DNA of 64,000 bases from a virus (lineage: Duplodnaviria > Heunggongvirae > Uroviricota > Caudoviricetes), in IMG/VR virus record IMGVR_UViG_3300027734_000050, positions 1 through 64,000 of that record; one strand, given 5' to 3'. Both the position numbers and the translations under genes were made by a program. Below the pieces are notes generated by a model that saw only the letters and a program-made list of their open reading frames with translations, was not told where the DNA came from and did no database searches. This document shows positions 41,748 to 51,882 of the stretch, piece by piece. Each line of letters begins with the position of its first letter. Within the stretch, counting starts at the first letter, position 1.

Positions 41748-42931
41748 TTTATATCTCAATAGATCACTTGCATCCTGTTACCCGTAGACCTATGCCTAAT
41801 GGTATACCTGTACATCAGCATGATCAGATTGATCAATTAGGCAACGATAGATTGGATTTTCCTCGCATAATTTACTATCTACGTGATTGTAAAATCTCCT
41901 ATCAAATAGTAAACCCTGCCCACGCACCTGTTGGATCATGGTATCCGATGGTGCTAAGTTGGTTTGATTTCAGCCGAGACTATATGTCATTGATAAGCCC
42001 AGCAGCATTGAGTCGTATCAAAGCAAAAGAAATGCTAGTGGTGTTCACTTACCACGAAGGAGATCATCCTGGACGTATCCGTGATAGATTGGACACACTT
42101 TGTTCCGATCACGGGATAGATCCTGCTATGACATGGTTGATATCAGGCAATACAACTGCCGATCAATATCCAAACTCCGTGTATTGGCCTGAATTGGAAT
42201 TCATGTATTGGCGGACCGTGGATAGAAACTCAGGTGCTCAGTATCACCTCAATCCTAGGTCACAAGCATATACTGGATTATGCCGTATAGATAAACTATG
42301 GCGCAAGGTATTCATGAGTGATCTGTGGAGTCATGGATTGCACAAACAAGGTTACTTCAGTTACACTCAACATCTACTAGGAGGCGAGGACAACTACTAC
42401 GAATGTGCATTAAGAAATAGTTATCTTGCTGAATGTCAACTCAGGGTAGATCAGTTCATTGCTGCCGGACCATTTCTTGTGGATGATCTAGATACTCGGG
42501 CTCACAATACCTATGATCAGAACATGACTGACTTGTACACAGACAGTTACTTCAACATTGTGTTAGAGACCATGATCGATATTGATGATTCTGGTGGACA
42601 GTTTATCACAGAAAAAACTTTTAAACCCATATTCAACAATCAATTCTTTGTGGCTGTGAGTTCCGCAGATCATCTCCGACATCTACGTGATCTAGGATAT
42701 CAGACCTTTGGAAGATGCATAGATGAGAGTTACGATTCAAACACCAACAATCAAGATCGATTCGAATCTGTGTTGGATCTTACCAAGTCATTGATACAAT
42801 CAGGGCAGGATAATTTGCATCGTCTGTACGAGGATCTTGCACCTGAGATACAACACAATGCTCGAGTGTTCCAGTCAGGAATGGCTCACCGATTGAAAGT
42901 GGTCGTGGATCGCATCAACTGCAAACTTTGA
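41744..42931 (+). CDS. glycosyltransferase-like paralog family member (~395 aa)
   Basis: C-terminal block TEKTFKPIFNNQFFV...LRDLGYQTFGRCIDESYD. Start at MIYISIDH. Confidence 0.5.
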   Translation: MIYISIDHLHPVTRRPMPNGIPVHQHDQIDQLGNDRLDFPRIIYYLRDCKISYQIVNPAHAPVGSWYPMVLSWFDFSRDYMSLISPAALSRIKAKEMLVVFTYHEGDHPGRIRDRLDTLCSDHGIDPAMTWLISGNTTADQYPNSVYWPELEFMYWRTVDRNSGAQYHLNPRSQAYTGLCRIDKLWRKVFMSDLWSHGLHKQGYFSYTQHLLGGEDNYYECALRNSYLAECQLRVDQFIAAGPFLVDDLDTRAHNTYDQNMTDLYTDSYFNIVLETMIDIDDSGGQFITEKTFKPIFNNQFFVAVSSADHLRHLRDLGYQTFGRCIDESYDSNTNNQDRFESVLDLTKSLIQSGQDNLHRLYEDLAPEIQHNARVFQSGMAHRLKVVVDRINCKL

Positions 42932-44390
42932 TTCCATAACACCGTTGGAATCGATCGGCATCTCTGGGATCGTTGACCATGGGCTCACCACGTATGTTGA
43001 GGCTGGTGTTTAACAGCATAGGGCATCCGGTCATCACATACCACTTTTCTAGTAGTTGTCGGATGCCTGATCCATCTCTAGGTACAGTTTGTACCCTGCT
43101 GGTGCCATCTACATGCACAATAGCAGGAAACTGACCTGGATCACGACATTCTGCTGTGACCTGCATGTATGGGCTGGTATCGAAGTTAGGCGGCATATAA
43201 AAGTATTCTGCTGCGTATTCTTCTAGGATCACAGGTGCAAATGGTCGGAACTTTTGTCTGCGTTTGATCTCATTCACCCGGTTCTTGATTGAATGTCCTC
43301 TTGGGTCTGCTAGTAGACTGCGATTGCCCAGCGCCCGCGGTCCGAACTCTGCACGGCCTGATGCCACACCCACTATCTTGTCCGTGACTAGATGATCCAA
43401 GATTTCATTTACCGGGTAAGCACCGGGTATATTATGTCCCAGAAAAGTGTCTCGCCAATTAACACGGCCACCATGAGCCAAACAACTAGCACCGAGACTA
43501 TTGCCAGCATCGCCCGGATTAGGCATAATCCAAATTTTTTCATAGTATTGTCCTAAGAATCTATTTGCCAGGCAGTTCAATGCTACACCACCACCGTATA
43601 CTAGATTACGGCTGCGGCCATGCTCTCTGGCTTTTTGTAGAACATCTCGTATCATGCTTTCCACTAGAAATTGTGCTGTGCTGGCAATGTTTGCAGGATC
43701 AGCATGAGGCAGAAAGTCATCGCCTACTCCAATGTGTAGATTCTGTTTAAAGCGGAGTCCAGGTATGGTATCTACTAACTGTTTTCTCATCTCGTCGAGA
43801 TACAGTGGCTCACCATATGCTGCCATGCCCATGAGTATGTATTCTTCATCCATGGGCTTTAACCCTACACGAGCAGTCATAGCCGAATAGAACAATCCAA
43901 TACTATCAGGATATCGCAGACTCCACACTTTCTTGTATCGTGCTCGACCGTTTTCATACCAAGCATCCCAGATGGTCACAGTGTCAAACTCGCCAATGGC
44001 ATCTATCACCACAACTGTGGCATCTTCAAATGGGCTGGTCTGGAATCCCCCTGCTGCATGACACAAGTGATGCCCATGTGTGTGTATTTTAGGACGCCCT
44101 ATGATTCTGTATGAAGGTCCTAGTAATCGATCCCAACTGGGCCATTGAAATCCTTCACCGCTGCGTAGGTGTCGCATGGCTTTGATCCAAGGGCGTTCAT
44201 AGTAGTGATACTCTAGTTTATCGGAATCTGTATGCGCTAATGCGTCCAATACAAGATGATCATTGAGATCCTTATCGTGCTTTTTCTTGCTGTAGCGTTC
44301 GCTGTGAGCAGCAAACAAGATATCGCCAGCCTGATTGACCACACTCACTGCGGCATCATGGAAGCCGGCTGAGATGCCTATGTAATTCAT
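42915..44390 (-). CDS. NodU/CmcH-family carbamoyltransferase
   Basis: N-terminal MNYIGISAGFHDAAVSVV is the hallmark of the Kae1/YgjD-like carbamoyltransferase N-domain. 491 aa. Confidence 0.7.
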   Translation of the reverse strand: MNYIGISAGFHDAAVSVVNQAGDILFAAHSERYSKKKHDKDLNDHLVLDALAHTDSDKLEYHYYERPWIKAMRHLRSGEGFQWPSWDRLLGPSYRIIGRPKIHTHGHHLCHAAGGFQTSPFEDATVVVIDAIGEFDTVTIWDAWYENGRARYKKVWSLRYPDSIGLFYSAMTARVGLKPMDEEYILMGMAAYGEPLYLDEMRKQLVDTIPGLRFKQNLHIGVGDDFLPHADPANIASTAQFLVESMIRDVLQKAREHGRSRNLVYGGGVALNCLANRFLGQYYEKIWIMPNPGDAGNSLGASCLAHGGRVNWRDTFLGHNIPGAYPVNEILDHLVTDKIVGVASGRAEFGPRALGNRSLLADPRGHSIKNRVNEIKRRQKFRPFAPVILEEYAAEYFYMPPNFDTSPYMQVTAECRDPGQFPAIVHVDGTSRVQTVPRDGSGIRQLLEKWYVMTGCPMLLNTSLNIRGEPMVNDPRDADRFQRCYGIKVCS

Positions 44391-44484
44391 TTGTAGATAA
44401 AGGGATCGCGTTTGCGAAGTTCTCGCAGTTTTTTACGATAGCGTATCTCTAGTGTGATCTTTGCCCATAGTCTTTTAATCCAAT

Positions 44485-45561
44485 TCATCGCATGCTCCTT
44501 ATTTGTTGCAACTCATAATCGGCATCGCTCCACCGATACTCATATGTAGCCTGAGCACGATTGGTACGTATTTTATATACATCTAGATGAGTTTCCATCT
44601 GTCTCCATATTTCATCATGGTTGGTAGTACCGAAACTGCGAATTAAATCCACTTGGGCTACTTTTGGGTGGCCAATGGTCAGTGACTTGTCATCCGGATC
44701 AAACCCGTTTTGTGCGAGCCATGTTCTAAACTCAGCCAGTGCCCGGATCTGCCACTCATAAGACGCAGGATCTTTTGCCCATTCGATATCAAAGTCACCG
44801 GCTGCTTCTGTCTGTGAACGTAATGCACCGGTGACCAATTCGCCTATCCGACTGTCACGCCCTTCGTCATTGAACACTTCCCAATGATGTTTGCCTACCG
44901 CTTTATTTACACCCACATACACCCCGCCTAGGCTTCGATTGATTGTTTCTATACCAAACAATTCGTAATCTTCTGCGTCTAGCACAAATCTTGGTGCTTT
45001 CAACCAACACATCAACTGTGATGGTCTGCGCCATTCAGGTGATTCAATCAGTCTGCGAATACTTAGAACCAGACTTTCATGTTCGTGACACAACAAGTTC
45101 AACTGCCGTATATGCCATCGTGTTACATCATCTGCGGCAGTATAGTAAGGGCTCATGGCACCCGAGGTACCTTGGAGATCCTCAAAATATCTGTGCAATC
45201 GATTCATTAGATCTCGATTGACTCCGTCCCACCCCTTGGATTCTGTGTTTGATCCGGCAATCAACCAATCCGCGGACACAGTATTTTCCGGAGTGAATGA
45301 ATCTGTGATCGTGTATCCTAACCCGGCTGAATTGATTGCTGTGATGCTGCGATTGATCTGTTCGCAAATATATGCAATTGAGCGATCACTGTTGGCCCAT
45401 CCTAGCCAGCAGTAGTTTTTTTCTAGATGATAATTGTTTTGTACTAGATGATCAAGTGCAGCCAACCATTTGCGTGAAAGACTATTATCTTCCACATCAA
45501 TGTATACTGTTAGCACATGATCGTTTTTGTCACGTAAATCTATTTCAATTGTATCAAGCAA
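44485..45561 (-). CDS. hypothetical protein (358 aa) in the modification locus
   Basis: Long ORF, translationally coupled (overlap) with the downstream radical SAM gene. Confidence 0.5.
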   Translation of the reverse strand: MLDTIEIDLRDKNDHVLTVYIDVEDNSLSRKWLAALDHLVQNNYHLEKNYCWLGWANSDRSIAYICEQINRSITAINSAGLGYTITDSFTPENTVSADWLIAGSNTESKGWDGVNRDLMNRLHRYFEDLQGTSGAMSPYYTAADDVTRWHIRQLNLLCHEHESLVLSIRRLIESPEWRRPSQLMCWLKAPRFVLDAEDYELFGIETINRSLGGVYVGVNKAVGKHHWEVFNDEGRDSRIGELVTGALRSQTEAAGDFDIEWAKDPASYEWQIRALAEFRTWLAQNGFDPDDKSLTIGHPKVAQVDLIRSFGTTNHDEIWRQMETHLDVYKIRTNRAQATYEYRWSDADYELQQIRSMR

Positions 45562-46843
45562 TGTTCATCCACCATTTCAGTACATCGGGCCTTACCGACA
45601 GGATATCGGTCATAGTCACGGGTTGTGTTCTTATCTGTTCTAATTGTAACACACGAGTACGGCCTTGAGCAAGAGCAGATTGGTATTGATCAGGCCATTG
45701 TTCTTCAAATGTAGGACGATTCTTCAACTGTGTCAATACATCTCGCATGGCGCCCGATGTATCTGCTATCAATTCATCTAGCCATGGTTCTAACAAGTGT
45801 CTAGGCAGAGCCAATGGGCTCATGATGATGTCCGGAGAGAATGAAAAGATGACTTTGGCTAGAACATCTACACCGAATTGTCTAGCGAGTTCTGTAATTT
45901 TGCCAACTTCGAACATTCCGGGCAGAGTGAGCGTAAAGTCAATTCTGACTTGACGAGGGTGACGCTGGATCGCAACTGCGTTACCGAAGTTTTCAAGCCA
46001 TTGATCATAATCAAGACCTGTTCTAATGTATTCACCAATTGTGCCTGTACCGTCGAGACTTGCACATATCTGCCAATCGCGTAGCCCAGGAAGAACGTCG
46101 CGATAGAGATTGATGCCACGATACTCCACCCTGGATAAGTTTGTATTATATCTAGCATATACTTTCGGCCCATCCCCTAGTTCTATTATGCGTTGCATGT
46201 AGCGCCAATGCTGTTCATACATCAATGGTTCGCCGCCCACCCAATATACTTCTTCTACTCTGTGCTGTTCTACAGCATCACTGAACTCACGTTCAATTTG
46301 ACTATCCTGGAACTTGGAGATCTGCTCACGTACCTCGGGCTGCATCCAGTTATTTTTAGGATTGCTCCAATTGACCATGTGATGTGTCTTTTGTTCCGAC
46401 TCCCAACTACTACTCAGCATGTCTCCGCAGGTTCTACATTTGAAGTTGCACAGGTTGCTGAATCTATAATCCCAACTCACTGGTTGCATGGTAGTGCGAC
46501 CGGTAGCATCTGTTTGTTCTAAAATTGCGGAGTATTTATGTTGAAACAAATGGCTAAAGTATGTGCGATAAACATCAGTATTCAAAAGTTGATCATTGCA
46601 GACCTCGCATTCAGGCAATCGTTCACCGGCCATCATGCGGCGCCGAACTGATCGCATGTGATCACCGTTCCAATGTTCCTCAAGGGTGATAGGAATATAG
46701 GTGCCGGTACCTGATTTAGTATCTATATATTGCTGGAAGTTTTGTGCTGGCTCGCGGCTAGCACAGCACATGCGCCTTTCAGTCTGTGGAGAGAGATAAG
46801 TGTGTACCCAAGGCGCTAAACATAGAGAATTAGGTTTTTGCAT
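45554..46843 (-). CDS. radical SAM protein, paralog A (N-terminal Cys-rich domain plus CxxxCxxC)
   Basis: N-terminal CLAPW...CC...PECEVC, then CNFKCRTC. Shares FS(N/S)xW and GGEP blocks with the other paralogs. Confidence 0.65.
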   Translation of the reverse strand: MQKPNSLCLAPWVHTYLSPQTERRMCCASREPAQNFQQYIDTKSGTGTYIPITLEEHWNGDHMRSVRRRMMAGERLPECEVCNDQLLNTDVYRTYFSHLFQHKYSAILEQTDATGRTTMQPVSWDYRFSNLCNFKCRTCGDMLSSSWESEQKTHHMVNWSNPKNNWMQPEVREQISKFQDSQIEREFSDAVEQHRVEEVYWVGGEPLMYEQHWRYMQRIIELGDGPKVYARYNTNLSRVEYRGINLYRDVLPGLRDWQICASLDGTGTIGEYIRTGLDYDQWLENFGNAVAIQRHPRQVRIDFTLTLPGMFEVGKITELARQFGVDVLAKVIFSFSPDIIMSPLALPRHLLEPWLDELIADTSGAMRDVLTQLKNRPTFEEQWPDQYQSALAQGRTRVLQLEQIRTQPVTMTDILSVRPDVLKWWMNIA

Positions 46844-48041
46844 AGTTTAAAATATGTGCCAATTCCAGGGCTACCTTTTTTAGATCCTGTTGTCTGCGTT
46901 GATCTAATCGGCGTATCTGTTGTCGTGTTTCTTCACCGTCGGTCGATTCCCCGCGAATCATAAAGTCGATGATACGGCCAAACTCTGCACGAAATTGCTC
47001 AGGTGCCTCGCAAGTGCTGAGATAATCAGCAATGTGTTGTTTGGCATCAGATGGCAATCTTGAGATTGAAAAATACCATGCATCGTGCATCATGTTCCAA
47101 TATACAAAATCAAAATCTTGTAATGCTATCCACAATGCCACTTCGTCAAGATATCGCACATTGAATACATTCACTGTGGTGCAGCATTGTAACTGCAAGT
47201 TAGGCATACCTTCTCTCATGAATCTAAAACGATCGATGTTCTCTTTTACTGTTCCCCAGGATGCATTTGAGCGTTGATATTCAAAACGTGGCCCAATGTC
47301 ATCAACACTAAACGCAATCTCTACAGTCTTAAAATGTTTCCATATTTCCGGGCCTCTCAACGGAAACAGCGTTCCATTGGTGTTGTAATGTATCTCAACC
47401 TGGCCAGCAATCCCACGATCCACTATTCCTTGTAACATATCAAAGTGCTGTTCGATCATGAATGGTTCGCCGCCAGTGAATTCAATGTATCGTATATCGT
47501 CAAGCACACTATCAATCTGAGACCAGAAATGATCGTTATCTTTGGGCCATGCACCTGCTCGCAACATTTTGTAAGCATGGCTAGATTTTTGTTCGTTGCG
47601 CGGCATGAAAGAAATTTCTTCTCCGGCGAACTGTGAACTGGACCAGGAACCGCAGATCCTACATTTGAGATTGCAGATGTTCCCCAGTTTGAGATCTAAG
47701 AACATCAATGGTTTGGCATCCTGTGTCCAATGGTCATGCTTGAGCGTGTGTTTTAGACGATCTAGGGTGTGCATACGTTTTGATGTACGTCCTGCATCTT
47801 CTTCGTTCCAACATTTCCTACAAGTTTCTGGCTTTTGCCCTGCAAGGAATCCTGTGCGTAATTCGCGCATGTGATTGCTATTTTGTATGTCAGCAAAGTC
47901 AGCCGTGGTTAATTCAAACTTGTTTCCATCGTTGTCTAGGATCTCATCGTCGGCCAAACAACAAGGTCTTACTGTGCCAATGGGGCTGGCCTCTAGACTG
48001 ATCCAAGGTAATACACAGAATTGATCGTGCGGCAAGTTCAA
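46830..48041 (-). CDS. radical SAM protein, paralog B
   Basis: CVLPW...PCC...TCRKCW, then CNLKCRICGSWSS. Confidence 0.65.
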   Translation of the reverse strand: MNLPHDQFCVLPWISLEASPIGTVRPCCLADDEILDNDGNKFELTTADFADIQNSNHMRELRTGFLAGQKPETCRKCWNEEDAGRTSKRMHTLDRLKHTLKHDHWTQDAKPLMFLDLKLGNICNLKCRICGSWSSSQFAGEEISFMPRNEQKSSHAYKMLRAGAWPKDNDHFWSQIDSVLDDIRYIEFTGGEPFMIEQHFDMLQGIVDRGIAGQVEIHYNTNGTLFPLRGPEIWKHFKTVEIAFSVDDIGPRFEYQRSNASWGTVKENIDRFRFMREGMPNLQLQCCTTVNVFNVRYLDEVALWIALQDFDFVYWNMMHDAWYFSISRLPSDAKQHIADYLSTCEAPEQFRAEFGRIIDFMIRGESTDGEETRQQIRRLDQRRQQDLKKVALELAHILNYAKT

Positions 48042-49294
48042 AATAAAATCTTTCTATCTGCTTGTTTGAAAATCTCAACCAACTCATTGTATTGTGGATG
48101 ATCAGGATTGTATATATTTTTCTGCTCGAATACCTCAGTTGACCAAGTGCCCCAGTTCCACATTTTCTGAAAATTAACATTGGTGATACCCAACTGATCA
48201 CAGAGTTTGACGAAAGCCGGAATTTCTTTATAGTTATCTAGTTGTACAACAAAGTCCGCAGTGATTTGAAGAGGGTGTTGGTTTTTTTTAATGATGTGTT
48301 GTACCCAACGAACATTATCTAACAATTGATTCCACTGTCCGTTGACTCTGATTTTTTTATAAGTTTCTTCTGTGGCAGCATCAAAACTTATTCTCAATTC
48401 TTGTAATGTAGGAAGTAGTTTTTCTAACATGTCTGATTTAGATCGTAGATAACTCCCATTGGTTTGTATAATGTGTTTGATGTTTTGTTTGCCAGTGGCC
48501 AGTATGTATTCCAACAATTCAATGTAAACATCACTGATAAACGGCTCGCCGCCGGCCCATCTGATTTCTATGGGTTGTGATTGTATCTGATCAATTACAA
48601 GATGTTTGATTTTAGTTACTATTTGATCATTGATTGAACGGATGACATGATGATTGTTGTTGTTTATCAATTCAGTCCTGCAACTAGGGCATCGAAAATT
48701 ACAAGTATAGTCAAAATCAAATATAAGATTTTTAGGAATTTCAGATACCAATAACTGGTCGTGACTCACAAATTCCAATGGCACGTGGTTTGATTGAGGA
48801 TCACTGTGATATCTCTCTGGACTTACTTGTCCAAAAAATCCGCAGATCTGATTATTACAATAGAAATATCTTCCAGCAACAATTTCTTGACGTATGCGTT
48901 GAGCAGATTCTGAATTCAAAACATCATATACATTGTCAACATGTAATATATTACCCACAAATTTTGGAACCCAACTTGGACTACTACACACAAAAACTTC
49001 TCCGTTGTTGTTCACACCCATGGTACTCCATGGTACCTGGCATATCGGTTGCTCGTGATAATTTTTATCAAAAAATATCTGTTTCTGTCGTTGTTGATTA
49101 TTTTCGGCAAGTATGCTGCCATCTATAGTTATATCTGAGTATGTTTGCTGCATCATGCTAACAAACTCATCAACTTCTCGTTGTATATCTGGATGGTCTG
49201 CAGGAATACCAGATATGATATCGTCTAGGCTTGGCCAAGAAGGTCCGGCAAATGTCTTATAGTCTAACTGACCGATGATTTTTTTTAAGTTCAT
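48038..49294 (-). CDS. radical SAM protein, paralog D (longer N-terminal extension)
   Basis: CQVPW...VCSSP...CNNQICG, then CNFRCPSC. Confidence 0.6.
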   Translation of the reverse strand: MNLKKIIGQLDYKTFAGPSWPSLDDIISGIPADHPDIQREVDEFVSMMQQTYSDITIDGSILAENNQQRQKQIFFDKNYHEQPICQVPWSTMGVNNNGEVFVCSSPSWVPKFVGNILHVDNVYDVLNSESAQRIRQEIVAGRYFYCNNQICGFFGQVSPERYHSDPQSNHVPLEFVSHDQLLVSEIPKNLIFDFDYTCNFRCPSCRTELINNNNHHVIRSINDQIVTKIKHLVIDQIQSQPIEIRWAGGEPFISDVYIELLEYILATGKQNIKHIIQTNGSYLRSKSDMLEKLLPTLQELRISFDAATEETYKKIRVNGQWNQLLDNVRWVQHIIKKNQHPLQITADFVVQLDNYKEIPAFVKLCDQLGITNVNFQKMWNWGTWSTEVFEQKNIYNPDHPQYNELVEIFKQADRKILF

Positions 49295-50550
49295 GTCAAT
49301 GCCTGCAATTCAGGTATTACATCAAGCAAACGTTCTGCACGTATATCGTCTAGTTCATGTGTTTTACGCCAGAAGGTATCAATGAGATGTGTGTTGTCAG
49401 TGGCCATCATGAATTTAATAGCCGACTCAAACCCAACACTGGCACGTTGCAATGGATCATTGTCTCGCAACCAGTTAATGTGTTCTTGGTACTTCATCCG
49501 TAGACGTTGTTTGTATTTTATTGTAGCAATGTCGATTCTTAAATGTGCAGGATCTTGTAAGATGTTTACATTAAGGTCCTGCGGGCGTATCAACCCACGT
49601 TCAACCCAATCTCGATGAAAATCAGGTAAATGCCAAGCATTCATGATGCTTAGAGTAGGGCTGATGTAAAAATCTACATCAGGACATATTTTCAACATCT
49701 CTATCCTGTTTTGTTCAACACGATTCCAATCTGTACCTTTGCGTATATATTCAGCATACTTTGTTGATCCGTCAAGGCTGGCCCCCACTGCTACGCTGTC
49801 AAACTGTTTCCAATATTCAAAAACACTCTGCCCTTTTAGATCTGTATGTGTGAAGTTTGTATTGTAGATCAATCTCACATCAAATCGTCCTCGACGAACA
49901 AGTTCATCTAAAATCCGATAATGTTCTTCCATCAGCAAAGGCTCACCACCGGCAAAGTATATCTGCTCTACATAATCGATGTGAGGTAACAACTGTTCCC
50001 ACATGTCAGTTTCTGTACGACCTGCGTAGTTTAATACCCGATTGCGATCTTTCCAGTCACCCCCGGCCAACTTGACCTGATCCTGATACCATTGGCTTGA
50101 GAAGATATGCCCACAACTGCGACATTTGAGATTACAGAGATTTGAAAAACGTATGTCCCAATAGGTCATTTCAAAAGGATTCTTGTCTAACTTTTTGATG
50201 TGATGACCATGATGTTTGTTTGCACTTTTGCGACCTGAAAAGAATCCCGATTGTTCTTGCTCGTAACAACGACCACAAGCAGCATTGGGTGTTTCATTCA
50301 ACATATCTGCCCGTAACTGTTGCATGGGTTGATCTTTCCATATCTCTTCAAGTGTGCTGGATCTACAATTGCCCACTGGATATTTCATCTCTGAGTGACA
50401 ACAAGGATATGCTTCCCCGGTAGGGTAGGCATGTAGATGTATCCAAGGGTAAATGCAGAATGTTTTCGAATCTGTTAATAAGAATTCTTCACGTTCTGTG
50501 AGATCCACAGGCCTCACTAGATTTGTACTATTATATTTGTAATCACTCAT
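49291..50550 (-). CDS. radical SAM protein, paralog C
   Basis: CIYPW...PCC...ACGRCY, then CNLKCRSCGHIFSSQW. Confidence 0.65.
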   Translation of the reverse strand: MSDYKYNSTNLVRPVDLTEREEFLLTDSKTFCIYPWIHLHAYPTGEAYPCCHSEMKYPVGNCRSSTLEEIWKDQPMQQLRADMLNETPNAACGRCYEQEQSGFFSGRKSANKHHGHHIKKLDKNPFEMTYWDIRFSNLCNLKCRSCGHIFSSQWYQDQVKLAGGDWKDRNRVLNYAGRTETDMWEQLLPHIDYVEQIYFAGGEPLLMEEHYRILDELVRRGRFDVRLIYNTNFTHTDLKGQSVFEYWKQFDSVAVGASLDGSTKYAEYIRKGTDWNRVEQNRIEMLKICPDVDFYISPTLSIMNAWHLPDFHRDWVERGLIRPQDLNVNILQDPAHLRIDIATIKYKQRLRMKYQEHINWLRDNDPLQRASVGFESAIKFMMATDNTHLIDTFWRKTHELDDIRAERLLDVIPELQALT

Positions 50551-51289
50551 ACAGATGTTGCCAATGTTGTAAAATTGTTTTTTCCAGATTTAAATTTAAA
50601 TTTCCAACAAATGTACTTGGGGTCAGCAATACAAATTCTGAAAATTGTACGAGAAATTTTGTAATGTCAGAATGCAGTCGATCTTCTTCATGCGAGTCGG
50701 CCCTGAACAGCACAAATTTGGTTTTTGAATTTCGACATTTTAAAACTATTTCATTCACATACTTTGTAAAATCATAAAAACTGTTATCGCAGACTCTACT
50801 TAGTTGTAGCACTACATTTCTGTCAGTCAAGTCTGTTATCATTACTTGTTTCCATAACTCTTGATTGTTTTTGACTTTTATAATCTGGCAGTTACTAGAT
50901 GATGGGTTAAAATACGTGACTATATAACACCATGGAATCTGTGATTGTATGATCACATCCTGCCATTTTTTTAGATAGATACAGGTAGTCAAAGTTATAT
51001 TAAAAATTGAGAGATCGTTATAGCTAAGTAGGTCTTGATCTAACATTATTAACAAATCAAATTTTTTACACATCAATCTCAAATAATCCACAGTTATGGT
51101 TCCAATATCTGTGTAATAACACCCAGGTAAGATGTCCAGTACAGATTCGATTAATAACCCGTTTAAGGGTATAGCATATTGTATTGATATCATCTTGGAC
51201 TTGAGTGCGGTGTCCTCTGAACTATTACCTAGGCATAGTATTTTCATTGTTGCCAGGCCCGAGAACTTTCTTGAAACCAATTTTTCCAT
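50543..51289 (-). CDS. hypothetical protein (248 aa) in the modification locus
   Basis: ORF translationally coupled to its neighbours. AT-rich. Confidence 0.45.
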   Translation of the reverse strand: MEKLVSRKFSGLATMKILCLGNSSEDTALKSKMISIQYAIPLNGLLIESVLDILPGCYYTDIGTITVDYLRLMCKKFDLLIMLDQDLLSYNDLSIFNITLTTCIYLKKWQDVIIQSQIPWCYIVTYFNPSSSNCQIIKVKNNQELWKQVMITDLTDRNVVLQLSRVCDNSFYDFTKYVNEIVLKCRNSKTKFVLFRADSHEEDRLHSDITKFLVQFSEFVLLTPSTFVGNLNLNLEKTILQHWQHLYE

Positions 51290-51876
51290 AGCTTTGCAAC
51301 CAGGCCAACATCTAGTTCTAAATTTAATTTTTTATCTAATAGAATAATCTGATCTAAATATGTATCCTCATTAAAAAAACTATCAAACGGAATCGGGAGT
51401 AATCGATCTTGAAACATATTTTGTAATTTCAGTTGATGCTGATACTCATCATCAAAATCAAGATAATACTGTTTGGCTTTTTGATTGTTTATTAAAAAAT
51501 CTTTATGGCTTGGAGTGACTTGAACTGAGATAACTTTTTCGTAGAAATTATCGCCCCACAATATATTTTTTGTATATTGATTGTAAAAATCGACAGGATG
51601 CCATTGATCAATTAACCATAGTTTGGATTGTTCATAATGATAAAAATCAACTAGCCCACGTTTAAAATTTAAACAATCTTTGGTTTCTTCTTTTTTCCAG
51701 TTTTGGCTGTCCCATATTGAGTATCGATTGAATTTTTCTTCCGCAGTTAGTGTTTTTTCATATTCCCTGAGATCTCGTCCAGATGTTCCGGTGATTGTTT
51801 TCTCACTGAGAGTCAATGTTTTATACAACATATTTCCAGCAGACCCTGGCAAATAAATGATTGTTGCTTTTAACAT
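51244..51876 (-). CDS. hypothetical protein (210 aa), possibly P-loop/sulfotransferase-like
   Basis: N-terminal IIYLPGSAGN is a Gly-rich loop. Weak. Confidence 0.35.
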   Translation of the reverse strand: MLKATIIYLPGSAGNMLYKTLTLSEKTITGTSGRDLREYEKTLTAEEKFNRYSIWDSQNWKKEETKDCLNFKRGLVDFYHYEQSKLWLIDQWHPVDFYNQYTKNILWGDNFYEKVISVQVTPSHKDFLINNQKAKQYYLDFDDEYQHQLKLQNMFQDRLLPIPFDSFFNEDTYLDQIILLDKKLNLELDVGLVAKLWKNWFQESSRAWQQ

Positions 51877-51882
51877 AGTCGA

